IMG/VR virus record: IMGVR_UViG_2740892232_000004
From: a virus
Taxonomy: Duplodnaviria > Heunggongvirae > Uroviricota > Caudoviricetes
Strand: one strand, 5' to 3'
DNA length: 41,358 nucleotides
Shown in pieces: positions 1 to 8,895 of the stretch. Below the pieces are notes generated by a model that worked only from the letters and a program-made list of their open reading frames with translations, did no database searches and was not told the DNA's origin. The translations under genes were made by a program, and so were the position numbers. How positions within the stretch are numbered: the stretch's first letter is position 1; each line of letters opens with the position of its first letter.

Positions 1-516
1 ATGAAATTTAAAAAATGTCTTCTGCCTGTGGCAATGTTAGCGTCATTCACTCTGGCAGGATGCCAGTCAAATGCTGATGATCATGCCGCCGATGTTTATC
101 AAACCGATCAACTGAATACCAAACAAGAAACTAAAACCGTTAATATTATTTCCATTCTTCCCGCAAAAGTTGCCGTAGACAACTCCCAAAATAAACGAAA
201 TGCACAAGCCTTCGGCGCGCTTATTGGTGCAGTCGCTGGCGGTGTAATCGGCCACAACGTGGGGTCTGGCAGCAATTCCGGAACGACGGCAGGTGCAGTT
301 GGCGGCGGAGCTGTTGGCGCGGCAGCGGGTTCTATGGTGAATGATAAAACCTTAGTGGAAGGTGTTTCTCTAACGTATAAGGAAGGCACCAAAGTGTATA
401 CCTCCACCCAGGTGGGTAAAGAGTGCCAGTTTACGACAGGTTTAGCCGTTGTTATTACCACGACGTATAACGAAACGCGTATTCAGCCAAATACCAAATG
501 TCCTGAAAAGAGCTAA
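1..516 (+). CDS. Lipoprotein with Gly/Ala-rich glycine-zipper-like segment
   Basis: Signal peptide ending in lipobox LAGC; GxxxG-rich stretch (GALIGAVAGGVIGHNVG...); complete ORF starting at window position 1. Confidence 0.6.
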   Translation: MKFKKCLLPVAMLASFTLAGCQSNADDHAADVYQTDQLNTKQETKTVNIISILPAKVAVDNSQNKRNAQAFGALIGAVAGGVIGHNVGSGSNSGTTAGAVGGGAVGAAAGSMVNDKTLVEGVSLTYKEGTKVYTSTQVGKECQFTTGLAVVITTTYNETRIQPNTKCPEKS

Positions 517-531
517 TAATCAGGAGGAGTC

Positions 532-1071
532 ATGAAGAAAGTTTTTCTTTGCGCCATCTTAGCCTCCTTAAGCTATCCGGCTATCGCCTCATCATTGCAG
601 GATCAACTCTCGGCTGTCGCAGAAGCGGAACAGCAAGGTAAAAATGAAGAGCAAAGGCAGCATGACGAATGGGTCGCGGAGCGCAACAGGGAAATCCAGC
701 AAGAGAAGCAACGTCGCGCAAACGCCCAGGCCGCGGCTAATAAAAGAGCGGCAACGGCAGCAGCGAATAAGAAAGCTCGTCAGGATAAACTGGACGCCGA
801 AGCCACTGCGGACAAAAAACGCGATCAAAGTTATGAAGATGAGCTACGCAGCTTAGAGATTCAGAAACAAAAACTGGCGCTGGCGAAAGAAGAAGCCCGC
901 GTTAAGCGAGAAAACGAATTTATCGATCAGGAACTGAAGCACAAAGCTGCGCAAACCGATGTGGTGCAATCTGAAGCTGACGCAAACAGAAATATGACTG
1001 AAGGCGGTCGCGATCTGATGAAAAGCGTGGGCAAAGCAGAAGAGAATAAATCAGATAGCTGGTTTAATTAA
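532..1071 (+). CDS. Secreted/periplasmic coiled-coil protein, unknown function
   Basis: AGGAGG-like RBS before ATG; N-terminal signal peptide (…SYPAIA); K/E/Q/A-rich helical composition. Confidence 0.55.
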   Translation: MKKVFLCAILASLSYPAIASSLQDQLSAVAEAEQQGKNEEQRQHDEWVAERNREIQQEKQRRANAQAAANKRAATAAANKKARQDKLDAEATADKKRDQSYEDELRSLEIQKQKLALAKEEARVKRENEFIDQELKHKAAQTDVVQSEADANRNMTEGGRDLMKSVGKAEENKSDSWFN

Positions 1072-1110
1072 TCGATGTTAGTAACTTCAATCCTATGATT
1101 CGTGAGTATA

Positions 1111-1142
1111 AAAAACCCTCTGTAGTAACAGAGGGTTTTGTT
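1111..1142. terminator. Bidirectional rho-independent terminator between convergent lipoprotein genes and Rz
   Basis: 9-bp stem AACCCTCTG/CAGAGGGTT with 6-nt loop, flanked by an A-run upstream and T-run downstream. Confidence 0.6.
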
Positions 1143-1288
1143 CATTCATAGTGCAGAGTCAAATCATTCCCACTCAATTATTTACGATAACCATAACCAA
1201 TTGAGTGATAACATTTTTCCAAATCTCAATTTTTCCCGTACCGTTTTATATACCGTCACCGGAAATCAGTACCATGAAAAATGCCATG

Positions 1289-1771
1289 CTATCTGGTCAA
1301 AGTGTCGTACTGTTTTTCGCAGACTCTTCCGGCTTCGGCTGCCCGGTCAGCATACTCTGCCAGTTGTCTGTTTCTCTCGAGAGATTTGCTGAGCACGTCG
1401 GCAAGCAAAACTCCGGTGTCTGCGGCTGACGACCCAGCGCCGACAATGGCGTTATACTGCCTGAGCTGCTCACGGATGGCAAAGAGTTGTTGCTGCAACC
1501 GGCCAGCGCTAGCGGCAGCATCAAGAGCATCATTGCGCGCCTGGTCGATCCTCTGCTGAGCTTCACGTTCATTGGTCACTTTCTCCTGTTCGTAGTACTG
1601 ACGAACTTTGTCTTCTTCGGCTTTGCGGTCTTCTTCCGCCTGAGCATACCCGGCATCGTACTGGCGACTGCCGTGTATATTCCAGGCAACCACTCCTGAT
1701 ATGACCAGAACAGCAAGCACTGCCACGATAAGAAACTGTTTCCAGTATGCTTTTACGAATGCCCAGATCAT
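1289..1771 (-). CDS. i-spanin (Rz-like) lysis protein
   Basis: N-terminal TM helix then long coiled-coil region; start overlaps endolysin stop; contains out-of-frame embedded lipoprotein ORF. Confidence 0.75.
   Translation of the reverse strand: MIWAFVKAYWKQFLIVAVLAVLVISGVVAWNIHGSRQYDAGYAQAEEDRKAEEDKVRQYYEQEKVTNEREAQQRIDQARNDALDAAASAGRLQQQLFAIREQLRQYNAIVGAGSSAADTGVLLADVLSKSLERNRQLAEYADRAAEAGRVCEKQYDTLTR
1297..1533 (-). CDS. o-spanin (Rz1-like) lipoprotein embedded in Rz in a different frame
   Basis: ORF inside Rz with signal peptide and lipobox LALAGC, Pro-rich mature part; start taken at the internal Met pair (MMLLML…). Confidence 0.6.
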   Translation of the reverse strand: MMLLMLPLALAGCSNNSLPSVSSSGSITPLSALGRQPQTPEFCLPTCSANLSRETDNWQSMLTGQPKPEESAKNSTTL

Positions 1772-2397
1772 ACCGCCAGCACCTTACTGGCAGTGATGTA
1801 CCGCGCTCGCCGGTCGTCGATGCCGTTCCGGCCACCATTGATAATCAGAGTTACACGTGCAATATCGCCGGTATACTTCATGCATCCTTTGCTGGCGAAG
1901 AACCACGCCGCGCTACGAGCCGCATATTCGTCCTGCGCCAGCAGTTCAGGGCTCTCCAGCAGGTCAACCTTCAGACCGTTTCCGCAATCACGATAGTTAT
2001 TCAAACCGGTAATCTGGATAAGTCCGCGCCCTCGGTAATTCCAGCCATCACCAGGGGCATTGTTCCCCATGCGTTTGCTGTATACCAGATTTGCGATCGC
2101 GCGCTGGCGCTCAAGTGGCAATGGTGGTTCACCAGCACGGCGCCCCAGTGCATTAGCCTGCCCCTGAGTGAGACGCCCAGCCCGAACGAAGTTAGCCAGT
2201 CCGCTGACACTGTAGTTGAAATTCTCCTGCAACCTGGTGAAGCCCCCAGACTCATGCCCGACTTGAGCAATAAACATTGCCTGATCTTCTGCTTTGCTGA
2301 TACCAAACTCTTTCATCGCAGAAGTTATATGCGAGAACCAGCGTGCGGCCAGTGCCTCGCTGATACCAGCAGCTCGCTGGAATTGTTTAATCTCCAT
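1768..2397 (-). CDS. Endolysin, glycoside hydrolase family 19 (chitinase-like) type
   Basis: Start at internal Met ([11 protein letters not shown]…); motifs [24 protein letters not shown] match what I recall of GH19 endolysins of epsilon15-like Salmonella phages. Confidence 0.8.
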   Translation of the reverse strand: MEIKQFQRAAGISEALAARWFSHITSAMKEFGISKAEDQAMFIAQVGHESGGFTRLQENFNYSVSGLANFVRAGRLTQGQANALGRRAGEPPLPLERQRAIANLVYSKRMGNNAPGDGWNYRGRGLIQITGLNNYRDCGNGLKVDLLESPELLAQDEYAARSAAWFFASKGCMKYTGDIARVTLIINGGRNGIDDRRARYITASKVLAV

Positions 2398-2695
2398 GTT
2401 TAGACCTCGATACTTTAAAAATTTGAACGACGTTACCGCGCGTTTTAATAACCGCAGCCAGCATGACAGCGTTGATAATGACCTCAGATAAATCCACAGC
2501 CATTGGCGTACGTAACCAGATTGCATAGGCGACTCGAACAGGAATACTGGCCGCAGCAACAATCAGGAAATAAGCAAGCCATCCTCCCCACCTTCGATGT
2601 TGAGAGCCGTTACGCCGGAATGTGACAACGCGAATTGCTATGCCAGTGCAAATAACTGCATTGGTGATAAGCAAAAAAAACTCATGCGTTACCAT
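2387..2695 (-). CDS. Lysis-cassette membrane protein (holin/antiholin-like, 2 predicted TM segments)
   Basis: ATG with GGGGAGAA RBS; hydrophobic segments; overlaps holin stop and endolysin start. Confidence 0.55.
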   Translation of the reverse strand: MVTHEFFLLITNAVICTGIAIRVVTFRRNGSQHRRWGGWLAYFLIVAAASIPVRVAYAIWLRTPMAVDLSEVIINAVMLAAVIKTRGNVVQIFKVSRSKHGD

Positions 2696-3086
2696 CGTCT
2701 TTTCTCCCCGGAATTAACTCGCGTGGATTATCGGAACGGTGATAGAGCCATATACCAATACGCACAGCGACAATTGCTGACACGAATGCGCCTGCAGAGA
2801 AAACAATCCCTTTTTCAAAAGAGTCCTGCGTGATGGTAGGGATCAGGCTGGCTATGCCGATAAGAATTGATGCTGCTGGTTTGTAAAAGAGAAGGCCGCA
2901 AAGAAAGCTGAGCATCGACAGGAGCACCCGGCGACGGATGGGGTACTCTACTGCAGAGGTAACAAAAATTACCGCCCCAGCCAAAGCCCCTAAAGCAACC
3001 TCCGGAGGGGCACCTGCAATAACCGCAGCAAGAGAACTAAAACTAAGCAACTGATTTAATTGCTCACTTGTTACTTGAGCAGACAT
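2682..3086 (-). CDS. Holin-like membrane protein
   Basis: 134 aa, multiple hydrophobic helices, first gene of the lysis cassette upstream of endolysin. Confidence 0.6.
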   Translation of the reverse strand: MSAQVTSEQLNQLLSFSSLAAVIAGAPPEVALGALAGAVIFVTSAVEYPIRRRVLLSMLSFLCGLLFYKPAASILIGIASLIPTITQDSFEKGIVFSAGAFVSAIVAVRIGIWLYHRSDNPRELIPGRKDDGNA

Positions 3087-3367
3087 ACTTTCTCCTGTTT
3101 ACTATCTATAAGCCAGTCAATTATTGATGACTAAACCCGCATAGTAAACCATATATGAATCATTATTGTTCCATATCATATATCTCAATAAAAGTACTAA
3201 TGATTTTACAGAACGAGCCAGCAGAGTGGGGGCAGTTGTACAGGAACCATAGACTTAATTTTGTATTTAATAATGCTATGGTGTAATAAACCTGAACATG
3301 TATTTAAAATACGTACTGATTCATGATAGAATTCAAAGATAACTTTTCACAAACTCCGTTTTTGATA

Positions 3368-3394
3368 CCCGCAAAATATTGCGGGCTTTTTTTT
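3368..3394 (+). terminator. Hairpin plus T-run (plus-strand terminator-like) overlapping tailspike stop
   Basis: CCCGCAA-AATA-TTGCGGG followed by T8 on the plus strand; no T-run on the minus strand. Confidence 0.35.
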
Positions 3395-6300
3395 AACGTT
3401 CTTCCAGAGACTGAATCCGCTCTTTTATCTTATCCATTTCTCTGCGCTGCCATGCTGCCTCGATATAGAATAAGAGATCAGGTCTGACCCCCCATCTAGA
3501 TCCTGCTGGCGTTATTTCAACGCGCTCAATGATGTCTTCCATTACCATCACTGGATTATCATCCTCATCAACAATGATGCTCCCGTCATTATCAGTCAGC
3601 GGCATTTCCCTTTGGCCAGTAATGACGTCATCATATACTGCGGGATAATCGTCATAGCAAAGAAAGGCATAGCGGCATGTTGTGCTTTCTTCTTCCATGA
3701 GTCCGTGAGAAATAAGAACATCACGAAGTTGCTGCGCGATTACACCATGATGTATCCTCGCCCCTTCTTCCCCCTTTATAGCGACAGCGTTCAGCCATTT
3801 ATAAGCGATATACCTGACGTCACCCCAGGCATCCAGCAATGCTTCGTCAGGAGAGACCGGCTCTGTCTTTAATGTTCCGTCACTGGTAACCACAGGATTG
3901 GAGCCAAGATAAACTGTCGAGAACCTGTTTCCCGGACCACCAAGAGCATTTACATTATCAAGATAAGGTTTAACATCTCCGTTCTCAAAAAGATGTTCGA
4001 GTGCGTTATATACCGCGCGACGTGGAGTACTGCTTCCGGAACCATGCAACGTTATCATTGCACCATCTGCTGAAGACGTTGTTTCACCGCCGCTAACGAT
4101 TAATCTCTGAGCGGTAACATCATCAGACGGTACTTTCTTCGCAATAATGGCGTAATTACCCTCAAGTTTGACTTCCGCGCGAACTTGTCCTGATGTACCT
4201 GCATGGACAGTCAGTGACTGGACGGCAACATCATCTGTGAAATCAACGGGTACAGGAACCGTCCTCACGCCTGACGTCGACATAAAAGTAGGAAGCGTTC
4301 TGTTAGGAGTGGCTCCGTAGACAAAATCCCTTGAAACAAATTCTTCCTGTTTAATTTTCACCCTGAAACAATACAAATCAGCCGGGTGACCATCGTGAAC
4401 ATAAGGATATTTTCTGTTGTTATCCCCTATGCTCCATGGGTTTAGAAAGTCTTCCCCACCGAAAATGTAGTACAGCCAGTTGTCTTTGATACAAACTGAA
4501 CCAACACCAACTGCAGAGTTAACTATTCCGCCCTGATAAATCTGATCAGTAACATTAACCCACTCTACATTATCCAGACTCCACTCATTGACGTTAACTC
4601 TGGTCATAAATGTTCTTGGATAATTTCCTGCATAACGGTTATCAGGTTCTCCTCCTTCCCACTCACCAAATGCGCGCTCACTGCCAAAAATAATCAGCTC
4701 ATCGCCAACTTTGGCAAAAGGAAGGTTTGAGTGATGAACATTATTTGGGAAGCGAAGAGAATTCCATGATGTACCTAAATCAGAGCTTCTGTGCAATGAA
4801 CTACCGGGTTGAGTACTTAATGTCCCCCTGGTCGTCAGATACAGAATGCCATCATAATATTTTACACATGGCTCAGATGCATTCGCCTCATATTCTGCAG
4901 GTATGCGTCTGCGAACAAAGCTACCAGGAGAACCGAAAGCATCAGAGAAATAGAGTATCCCAAGCTCGCGTGGACCAATATCACCATTATGGTAGCCAAC
5001 AGCAAAACTGTTATCGCTAATCGTCGCAAAACTGTGAATCTCAGTAACAGGAGTGCTTCCGTCAACAAAAGAAGGAATAGTTCCAAGACTGGTTTTTCTC
5101 CATGGTGACGAGTGAAATGATGTACCAAAACTCCAGTATCTACCCTCGTTATTCTGATCCACATCCTGGGTATTTTGCGTCGTAACTGTAAAAGTATTTT
5201 TATCAATAACAGTAGTCACCGTCATATTCCCGGTAACACCTGTAACACCAGAGTTTGAGAAGTTGACAAAATCACCAGCAAATAATCCGTGATCAGTAAT
5301 GCGAATATAAGCGACTTGCTGATTTGCTGCTTTCGTTATACCACCATAAGCGCGAAGGCTGCGACTCATTGGGCGATCCCACAACTCTGCAACCTGCAGT
5401 TTATTTCCGCTCACGGTCCGCGTCTCAATTACAGCAAAAAGGCGATTTCTGACAACCCCCATACTCATGCAGTGATAGTTAACTGTGGGATAGTTTTCAT
5501 GTAAATCTGTAAGCCATTCCGGCGTTGTCCAGGTCTTCCCGTCATCTCCTGAGCGAACCCATGCAACATGGAGGTTATTTACACCATGGCGGTCTCCAGC
5601 CATAAAAGGCGCATAGATGACATTGTCATATACAAACGTTTTATCCTGCGTCCAGGCGTTGTACCACGGTGTATCTGTAATTTTAAATAACTCTCCCTGG
5701 ATAAAATCTTCAGAAGCATAAAAAAGAGGCTGGCCCGGTATTCTCTCAAATAAAAAACGAGCATTTTTAAATCGACTGACATCCGGAAGAGTTGATACTT
5801 TAAAAGTAAGCCCTAATCCGTCAATTTTATAACCTGGAGATGAGGCTTCAAGGCACGCGCTTATTGCAGTGGAATCGTCATTTATACCATCACCAACAGC
5901 TCCAAAATCTTTGGGGCTAATAGCATCACGCATTTTATCCTGGAACGTTCGGTACACAGCCCCAGAACCATACTGAATAAACCAACCAAAACCACCAACA
6001 ACCCCGGCGATTGCAGCATCGACATAATTACGCATTGAGCGATTATTTACAGCGTCCTGCTCAAATGATGGATCTGCAAGGTTAGAAATTTTGTTTTGCT
6101 TTGCATCGTAATATTTTGCAAGCAAAGATGGTTTCATCAATGCACGTCTGAACCACCCAAAACATTGCTGGATCAGCATCGTCAGGTAGTCAAAGGCATC
6201 TTCATGCACTTCGGGGAAAAATTTTCCCTGATTGCGAAGGTCTGTCTCCTGCACTACATCAAGCACACGATCTATCGTAATTCGCCATCCAGTAGCAAGC

Positions 6301-6512
6301 GGAGACGGAAGAACCACAGAACCGCCACTATAAGTGCCCGCCCCAGTTACCGTATAACCGGTATCCAGAACCAATTCTGTTACGTTTCCGTTCAGGTCAG
6401 ACACCTGAACAACCAGGTCTGATTTTCTGAAAATTCGAAAAGTATACGGAAACGATGTCGTAACGCCGTTACCGGTGTATTCGTTGTGGTCAACTTCGGT
6501 TGAGACCGTCAT
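3393..6512 (-). CDS. Tailspike/tail fibre: N-terminal particle-binding domain, central domain with sialidase-type Asp-box motifs, C-terminal intramolecular-chaperone (peptidase S74-like) domain
   Basis: 1039 aa; GGAGAT RBS; Asp-box-like SGDDGKTW and SSDLGTSW; C-terminal …TSDGTLK… region typical of auto-cleaving chaperone domains of endosialidases/tail fibres. Confidence 0.75.
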   Translation of the reverse strand: MTVSTEVDHNEYTGNGVTTSFPYTFRIFRKSDLVVQVSDLNGNVTELVLDTGYTVTGAGTYSGGSVVLPSPLATGWRITIDRVLDVVQETDLRNQGKFFPEVHEDAFDYLTMLIQQCFGWFRRALMKPSLLAKYYDAKQNKISNLADPSFEQDAVNNRSMRNYVDAAIAGVVGGFGWFIQYGSGAVYRTFQDKMRDAISPKDFGAVGDGINDDSTAISACLEASSPGYKIDGLGLTFKVSTLPDVSRFKNARFLFERIPGQPLFYASEDFIQGELFKITDTPWYNAWTQDKTFVYDNVIYAPFMAGDRHGVNNLHVAWVRSGDDGKTWTTPEWLTDLHENYPTVNYHCMSMGVVRNRLFAVIETRTVSGNKLQVAELWDRPMSRSLRAYGGITKAANQQVAYIRITDHGLFAGDFVNFSNSGVTGVTGNMTVTTVIDKNTFTVTTQNTQDVDQNNEGRYWSFGTSFHSSPWRKTSLGTIPSFVDGSTPVTEIHSFATISDNSFAVGYHNGDIGPRELGILYFSDAFGSPGSFVRRRIPAEYEANASEPCVKYYDGILYLTTRGTLSTQPGSSLHRSSDLGTSWNSLRFPNNVHHSNLPFAKVGDELIIFGSERAFGEWEGGEPDNRYAGNYPRTFMTRVNVNEWSLDNVEWVNVTDQIYQGGIVNSAVGVGSVCIKDNWLYYIFGGEDFLNPWSIGDNNRKYPYVHDGHPADLYCFRVKIKQEEFVSRDFVYGATPNRTLPTFMSTSGVRTVPVPVDFTDDVAVQSLTVHAGTSGQVRAEVKLEGNYAIIAKKVPSDDVTAQRLIVSGGETTSSADGAMITLHGSGSSTPRRAVYNALEHLFENGDVKPYLDNVNALGGPGNRFSTVYLGSNPVVTSDGTLKTEPVSPDEALLDAWGDVRYIAYKWLNAVAIKGEEGARIHHGVIAQQLRDVLISHGLMEEESTTCRYAFLCYDDYPAVYDDVITGQREMPLTDNDGSIIVDEDDNPVMVMEDIIERVEITPAGSRWGVRPDLLFYIEAAWQRREMDKIKERIQSLEER

Positions 6513-6615
6513 GTTAAATCTCCAGATAGTCGCAGCACCCGTTGCGCCGCATATCTGGTTATTCTATTACCTGGAAAACCACATATGGATAGAAAGGCTG
6601 TAAATACGAATAGAT

Positions 6616-6632
6616 ATTACCTTTCAGGTAAT
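6616..6632. repeat. Palindromic operator-like motif ATTACCT-TTC-AGGTAAT (copy 1)
   Basis: Perfect 7-3-7 inverted repeat in the intergenic region between tailspike start and the LexA-box gene; an ATTACCT half-site also at 6566-6572. Confidence 0.55.
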
Positions 6633-6668
6633 TTGCAAAACGTGCTGGATAGCAAACAAATTATTTGA

Positions 6669-6688
6669 TACTGTATAAATATACAGTT
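6669..6688 (+). promoter_or_regulatory. LexA (SOS) box
   Basis: TACTGTATAAATATACAGTT = CTGT-N8-ACAG with AT-rich spacer, overlapping a TATAAA-like -10; about 20 nt upstream of the ATG at 6708. Confidence 0.7.
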
Positions 6689-6707
6689 ATTGCATGGAGA
6701 AGATAAG

Positions 6708-6965
6708 ATGCAGCAGTATCACTATCCACTGGAAGACGGATTTACCGAAAGGATTCACACGCCGGGAGGCGTCAGGTCACTGGTGGAGGGATCGCACTTG
6801 ATGAAATTACTCCGGGATCTCGATAAGGATGGATTTAATGTCGATGGCCCACTTGCCGAACTGACTGCACTGATTAACTACGTCACCAGCTCACAGATGT
6901 CTATGCAGGATCTGCAAACACATCTCGACTATTGTGCCGAACAATTACGAAAACAAACCCGGTAA
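6708..6965 (+). CDS. Small SOS-regulated antirepressor candidate (stand-alone copy of the BRO-N protein C-terminal domain)
   Basis: ATG with GGAGAAG RBS; residues ~9-80 align to the C-terminal 75 aa of the 8114-8824 protein (shared …PLxxG…IH[ST]PxGV…LMxLL…DG…AELT…DxQTH…Y). Confidence 0.6.
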   Translation: MQQYHYPLEDGFTERIHTPGGVRSLVEGSHLMKLLRDLDKDGFNVDGPLAELTALINYVTSSQMSMQDLQTHLDYCAEQLRKQTR

Positions 6966-6987
6966 ATTTAAAGGCCGCAAGAGCGGC

Positions 6988-7716
6988 CTATCGTTTCGCT
7001 TTGTGCTCGTCCCAGCACGTTTTGCACCATGCCATTAAGCCGTCCGCATTTTGATTATTAGGGTAAAAGCTGGTCCGTTTTCTGCGGACATTACAAATTG
7101 GGCACCACTTCATATGGCGTGTATTCTTTGGGCCATCGAGACACCTTGCACACCACTTAGTCAATCCATCTGGATTTTTTGACGATTTCCGGAATTTGTC
7201 ATATGGAAGGTTTATTCTGCATCGCAAACACTGCTTGCGGCCACTTGAAACTCTGTTAGCTGATTCTTCTTTTGGCGGCGATACAGAAGGTATTCTTGCT
7301 GGCTCTGATACTGCCTGAGGTGCTTTTTTAGATGACTGAGACGATATGTCATCACCAGGGAATCTTCCATGATATGCCGGACGCATTGATACTCCAGGTG
7401 GAAGCTCAGCTGTAAACGGCTTTGGCTGAATCAGTTGCCTCTCTTTTGCTAACTCCTGCTGTTTACAATATGTCTGGATTACCGCACTATCATAAGCAGG
7501 AGGTGCGGAAATATTAGGCGCATTACCTCCAGTTTTTTGAAACTGAGTAGAGGTGTGTTCTATCACCTGTGTACGATTAATCGTTATCTCCCCATCTTCG
7601 GTCTTTATCGTTTTGTTATGATTAACGACCGTACGATCAGAGATCTTAGTCTTGTTCTGGTTGATAACGTAAATAATCACCGCAACCACACCAACAACTA
7701 TCCAGAAAACTTCCAT
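6988..7716 (-). CDS. Membrane-anchored protein with tandem CxxC zinc-ribbon repeats
   Basis: N-terminal TM helix, S/P-rich linker, C-terminal four CxxC pairs with repeated …DGLxxWCxxC; GAGGAAAA RBS. Confidence 0.6.
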   Translation of the reverse strand: MEVFWIVVGVVAVIIYVINQNKTKISDRTVVNHNKTIKTEDGEITINRTQVIEHTSTQFQKTGGNAPNISAPPAYDSAVIQTYCKQQELAKERQLIQPKPFTAELPPGVSMRPAYHGRFPGDDISSQSSKKAPQAVSEPARIPSVSPPKEESANRVSSGRKQCLRCRINLPYDKFRKSSKNPDGLTKWCARCLDGPKNTRHMKWCPICNVRRKRTSFYPNNQNADGLMAWCKTCWDEHKAKR

Positions 7717-7735
7717 TGCTTTTCCTCACAATAAC

Positions 7736-7752
7736 ATTACCTTAAAGGTAAT
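7736..7752. repeat. Palindromic motif ATTACCT-TAA-AGGTAAT (copy 2)
   Basis: Perfect inverted repeat 19 nt upstream of the ATG of the 6988-7716 gene. Confidence 0.55.
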
Positions 7753-7828
7753 ATCTTGCTTTCAGGTGATCAAGCGTTAAACGCCACCAACCAAATACGG
7801 TTGATTTTGATATTTCTCCGCGTTTATC

Positions 7829-7845
7829 ATTACCTTTGCGGTAAA
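7829..7845. repeat. Palindromic motif ATTACCT-TTG-CGGTAAA (copy 3, degenerate right arm)
   Basis: TTACC-N5-GGTAA core conserved; TTGATA -35-like hexamer about 17 bp upstream. Confidence 0.45.
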
Positions 7846-7935
7846 TTTACATCGCACTCCTCTTGTGCCATAGTAATCGGGCACTGGCAAAATCCAGTGC
7901 CGGGATTGGCGTCCCGGGTTACTAAGTGGCGCATA

Positions 7936-7957
7936 CCACGCCAGACGTGGTTTTTTT
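7936..7957 (+). terminator. Rho-independent terminator-like hairpin in a noncoding region
   Basis: CCACG-CCAGA-CGTGG followed by T7; preceded by a 9-bp stem-loop (GGCACTGG…CCAGTGCC) at about 7879-7902. Confidence 0.45.
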
Positions 7958-8113
7958 ATGCGTTAAGCACAGCTATATCCGAATTATGGTGGGCTGGGCA
8001 GGGGTCCGAAAGGACGCCGGTACCACTTAGGCCGGTACGCCAACCTTGTCCAGTTCACCACCAGTAATTGGCGTTGCGGTGGTGATTAAAATCACTAAGT
8101 GGAGATAACCACC

Positions 8114-8824
8114 ATGGCTAATGCTCAAACTTCCATCTTCAAATTTGAATCTGTTAACCCTATCCGTTCCATCATTATCGATGGCCAACCATGGTTTGTA
8201 GCCCAAGACGTTTGTAGTGCGCTGCGTATCCAAAACGTCACCCAAGCACTTGAAAAACTGGATGATGATGAAAGGTCTATGTTCAACATAGGGCATGAAC
8301 ATCGTGCAATTTTTGACAGCCGAGTAAAAGAGATCAACATCATCTCCGAGTCAGGCCTCTACACACTGATCCTCCGCTGCCGCGACGCAGTGACACCAGG
8401 CACTATCCCCTACCGCTTTCGTAAATGGGTTACGGGTGAGGTTCTTCCTCAGATCCGCCGCACCGGAAGCTACATTAAAAACTCGCTCCCGCAGGAAGAA
8501 CGCATAAAGATGGTTGCCGACCAGGTGGCCAACGCCACGGCGTCAGCAGTAATGCAGGCGATGAAGATAGAGAACAAAACCTACAGCGCCCCACTGAATC
8601 CCGGCTACCGCAGCCTGATTCATTCGCCGTCTGGTGTTCTCGGCCTGACGGAGAACTCACTGCTGATGAATCTGCTGAACCAGTTACAGGACGACGGGCA
8701 CGACGTATCGGGCGCGGCGGCGGAGCTGACCACCATGTTCTGCTACATCGTCGGTGTGAGCAAATGCCTGCGTGATATCCAGACCCACGCGGAATACATC
8801 AACGACAAGGCAGGGTTCTTCTGA
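8114..8824 (+). CDS. BRO-N domain antirepressor-like protein
   Basis: ATG with GGAG RBS; N-terminal BRO-N-like segment (FVAQDVCSAL…ISESGLYTLILR…FRKWV); C-terminal domain homologous to the 6708-6965 product. Confidence 0.75.
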   Translation: MANAQTSIFKFESVNPIRSIIIDGQPWFVAQDVCSALRIQNVTQALEKLDDDERSMFNIGHEHRAIFDSRVKEINIISESGLYTLILRCRDAVTPGTIPYRFRKWVTGEVLPQIRRTGSYIKNSLPQEERIKMVADQVANATASAVMQAMKIENKTYSAPLNPGYRSLIHSPSGVLGLTENSLLMNLLNQLQDDGHDVSGAAAELTTMFCYIVGVSKCLRDIQTHAEYINDKAGFF

Positions 8825-8895
8825 CGGGCGGTGGCACAGGGATGTGCCTTTAAATAATTCTGTACAGATTGCAGACTGTGGGTGAATAGCGTACT

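Noticed and set aside
1138-1559. Plus-strand ORFs 1138-1392, 1205-1429, 1281-1559 overlapping the Rz region
   Set aside because: They overlap the spanin genes on the opposite strand and start within or just after the terminator hairpin; no RBS.
3090-3392. AT-rich region between holin and tailspike as a small-protein gene
   Set aside because: Only very short ORFs without RBSs; more likely the lysis-cassette promoter region. The plus-strand terminator-like hairpin at 3368-3394 remains unexplained.
3612-6422. Antisense and alternative-frame ORFs inside the tailspike gene (3612-3872, 4727-5020, 4862-5206, 5289-5504, 5579-5782, 6096-6422)
   Set aside because: Nested within a long well-supported ORF, no RBSs, low-complexity translations.
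7756-8067. Plus-strand 103-aa ORF in the zinc-ribbon/BRO-N intergenic region
   Set aside because: No RBS, odd composition, and it spans hairpins and a terminator; more likely noncoding regulatory or sRNA sequence.
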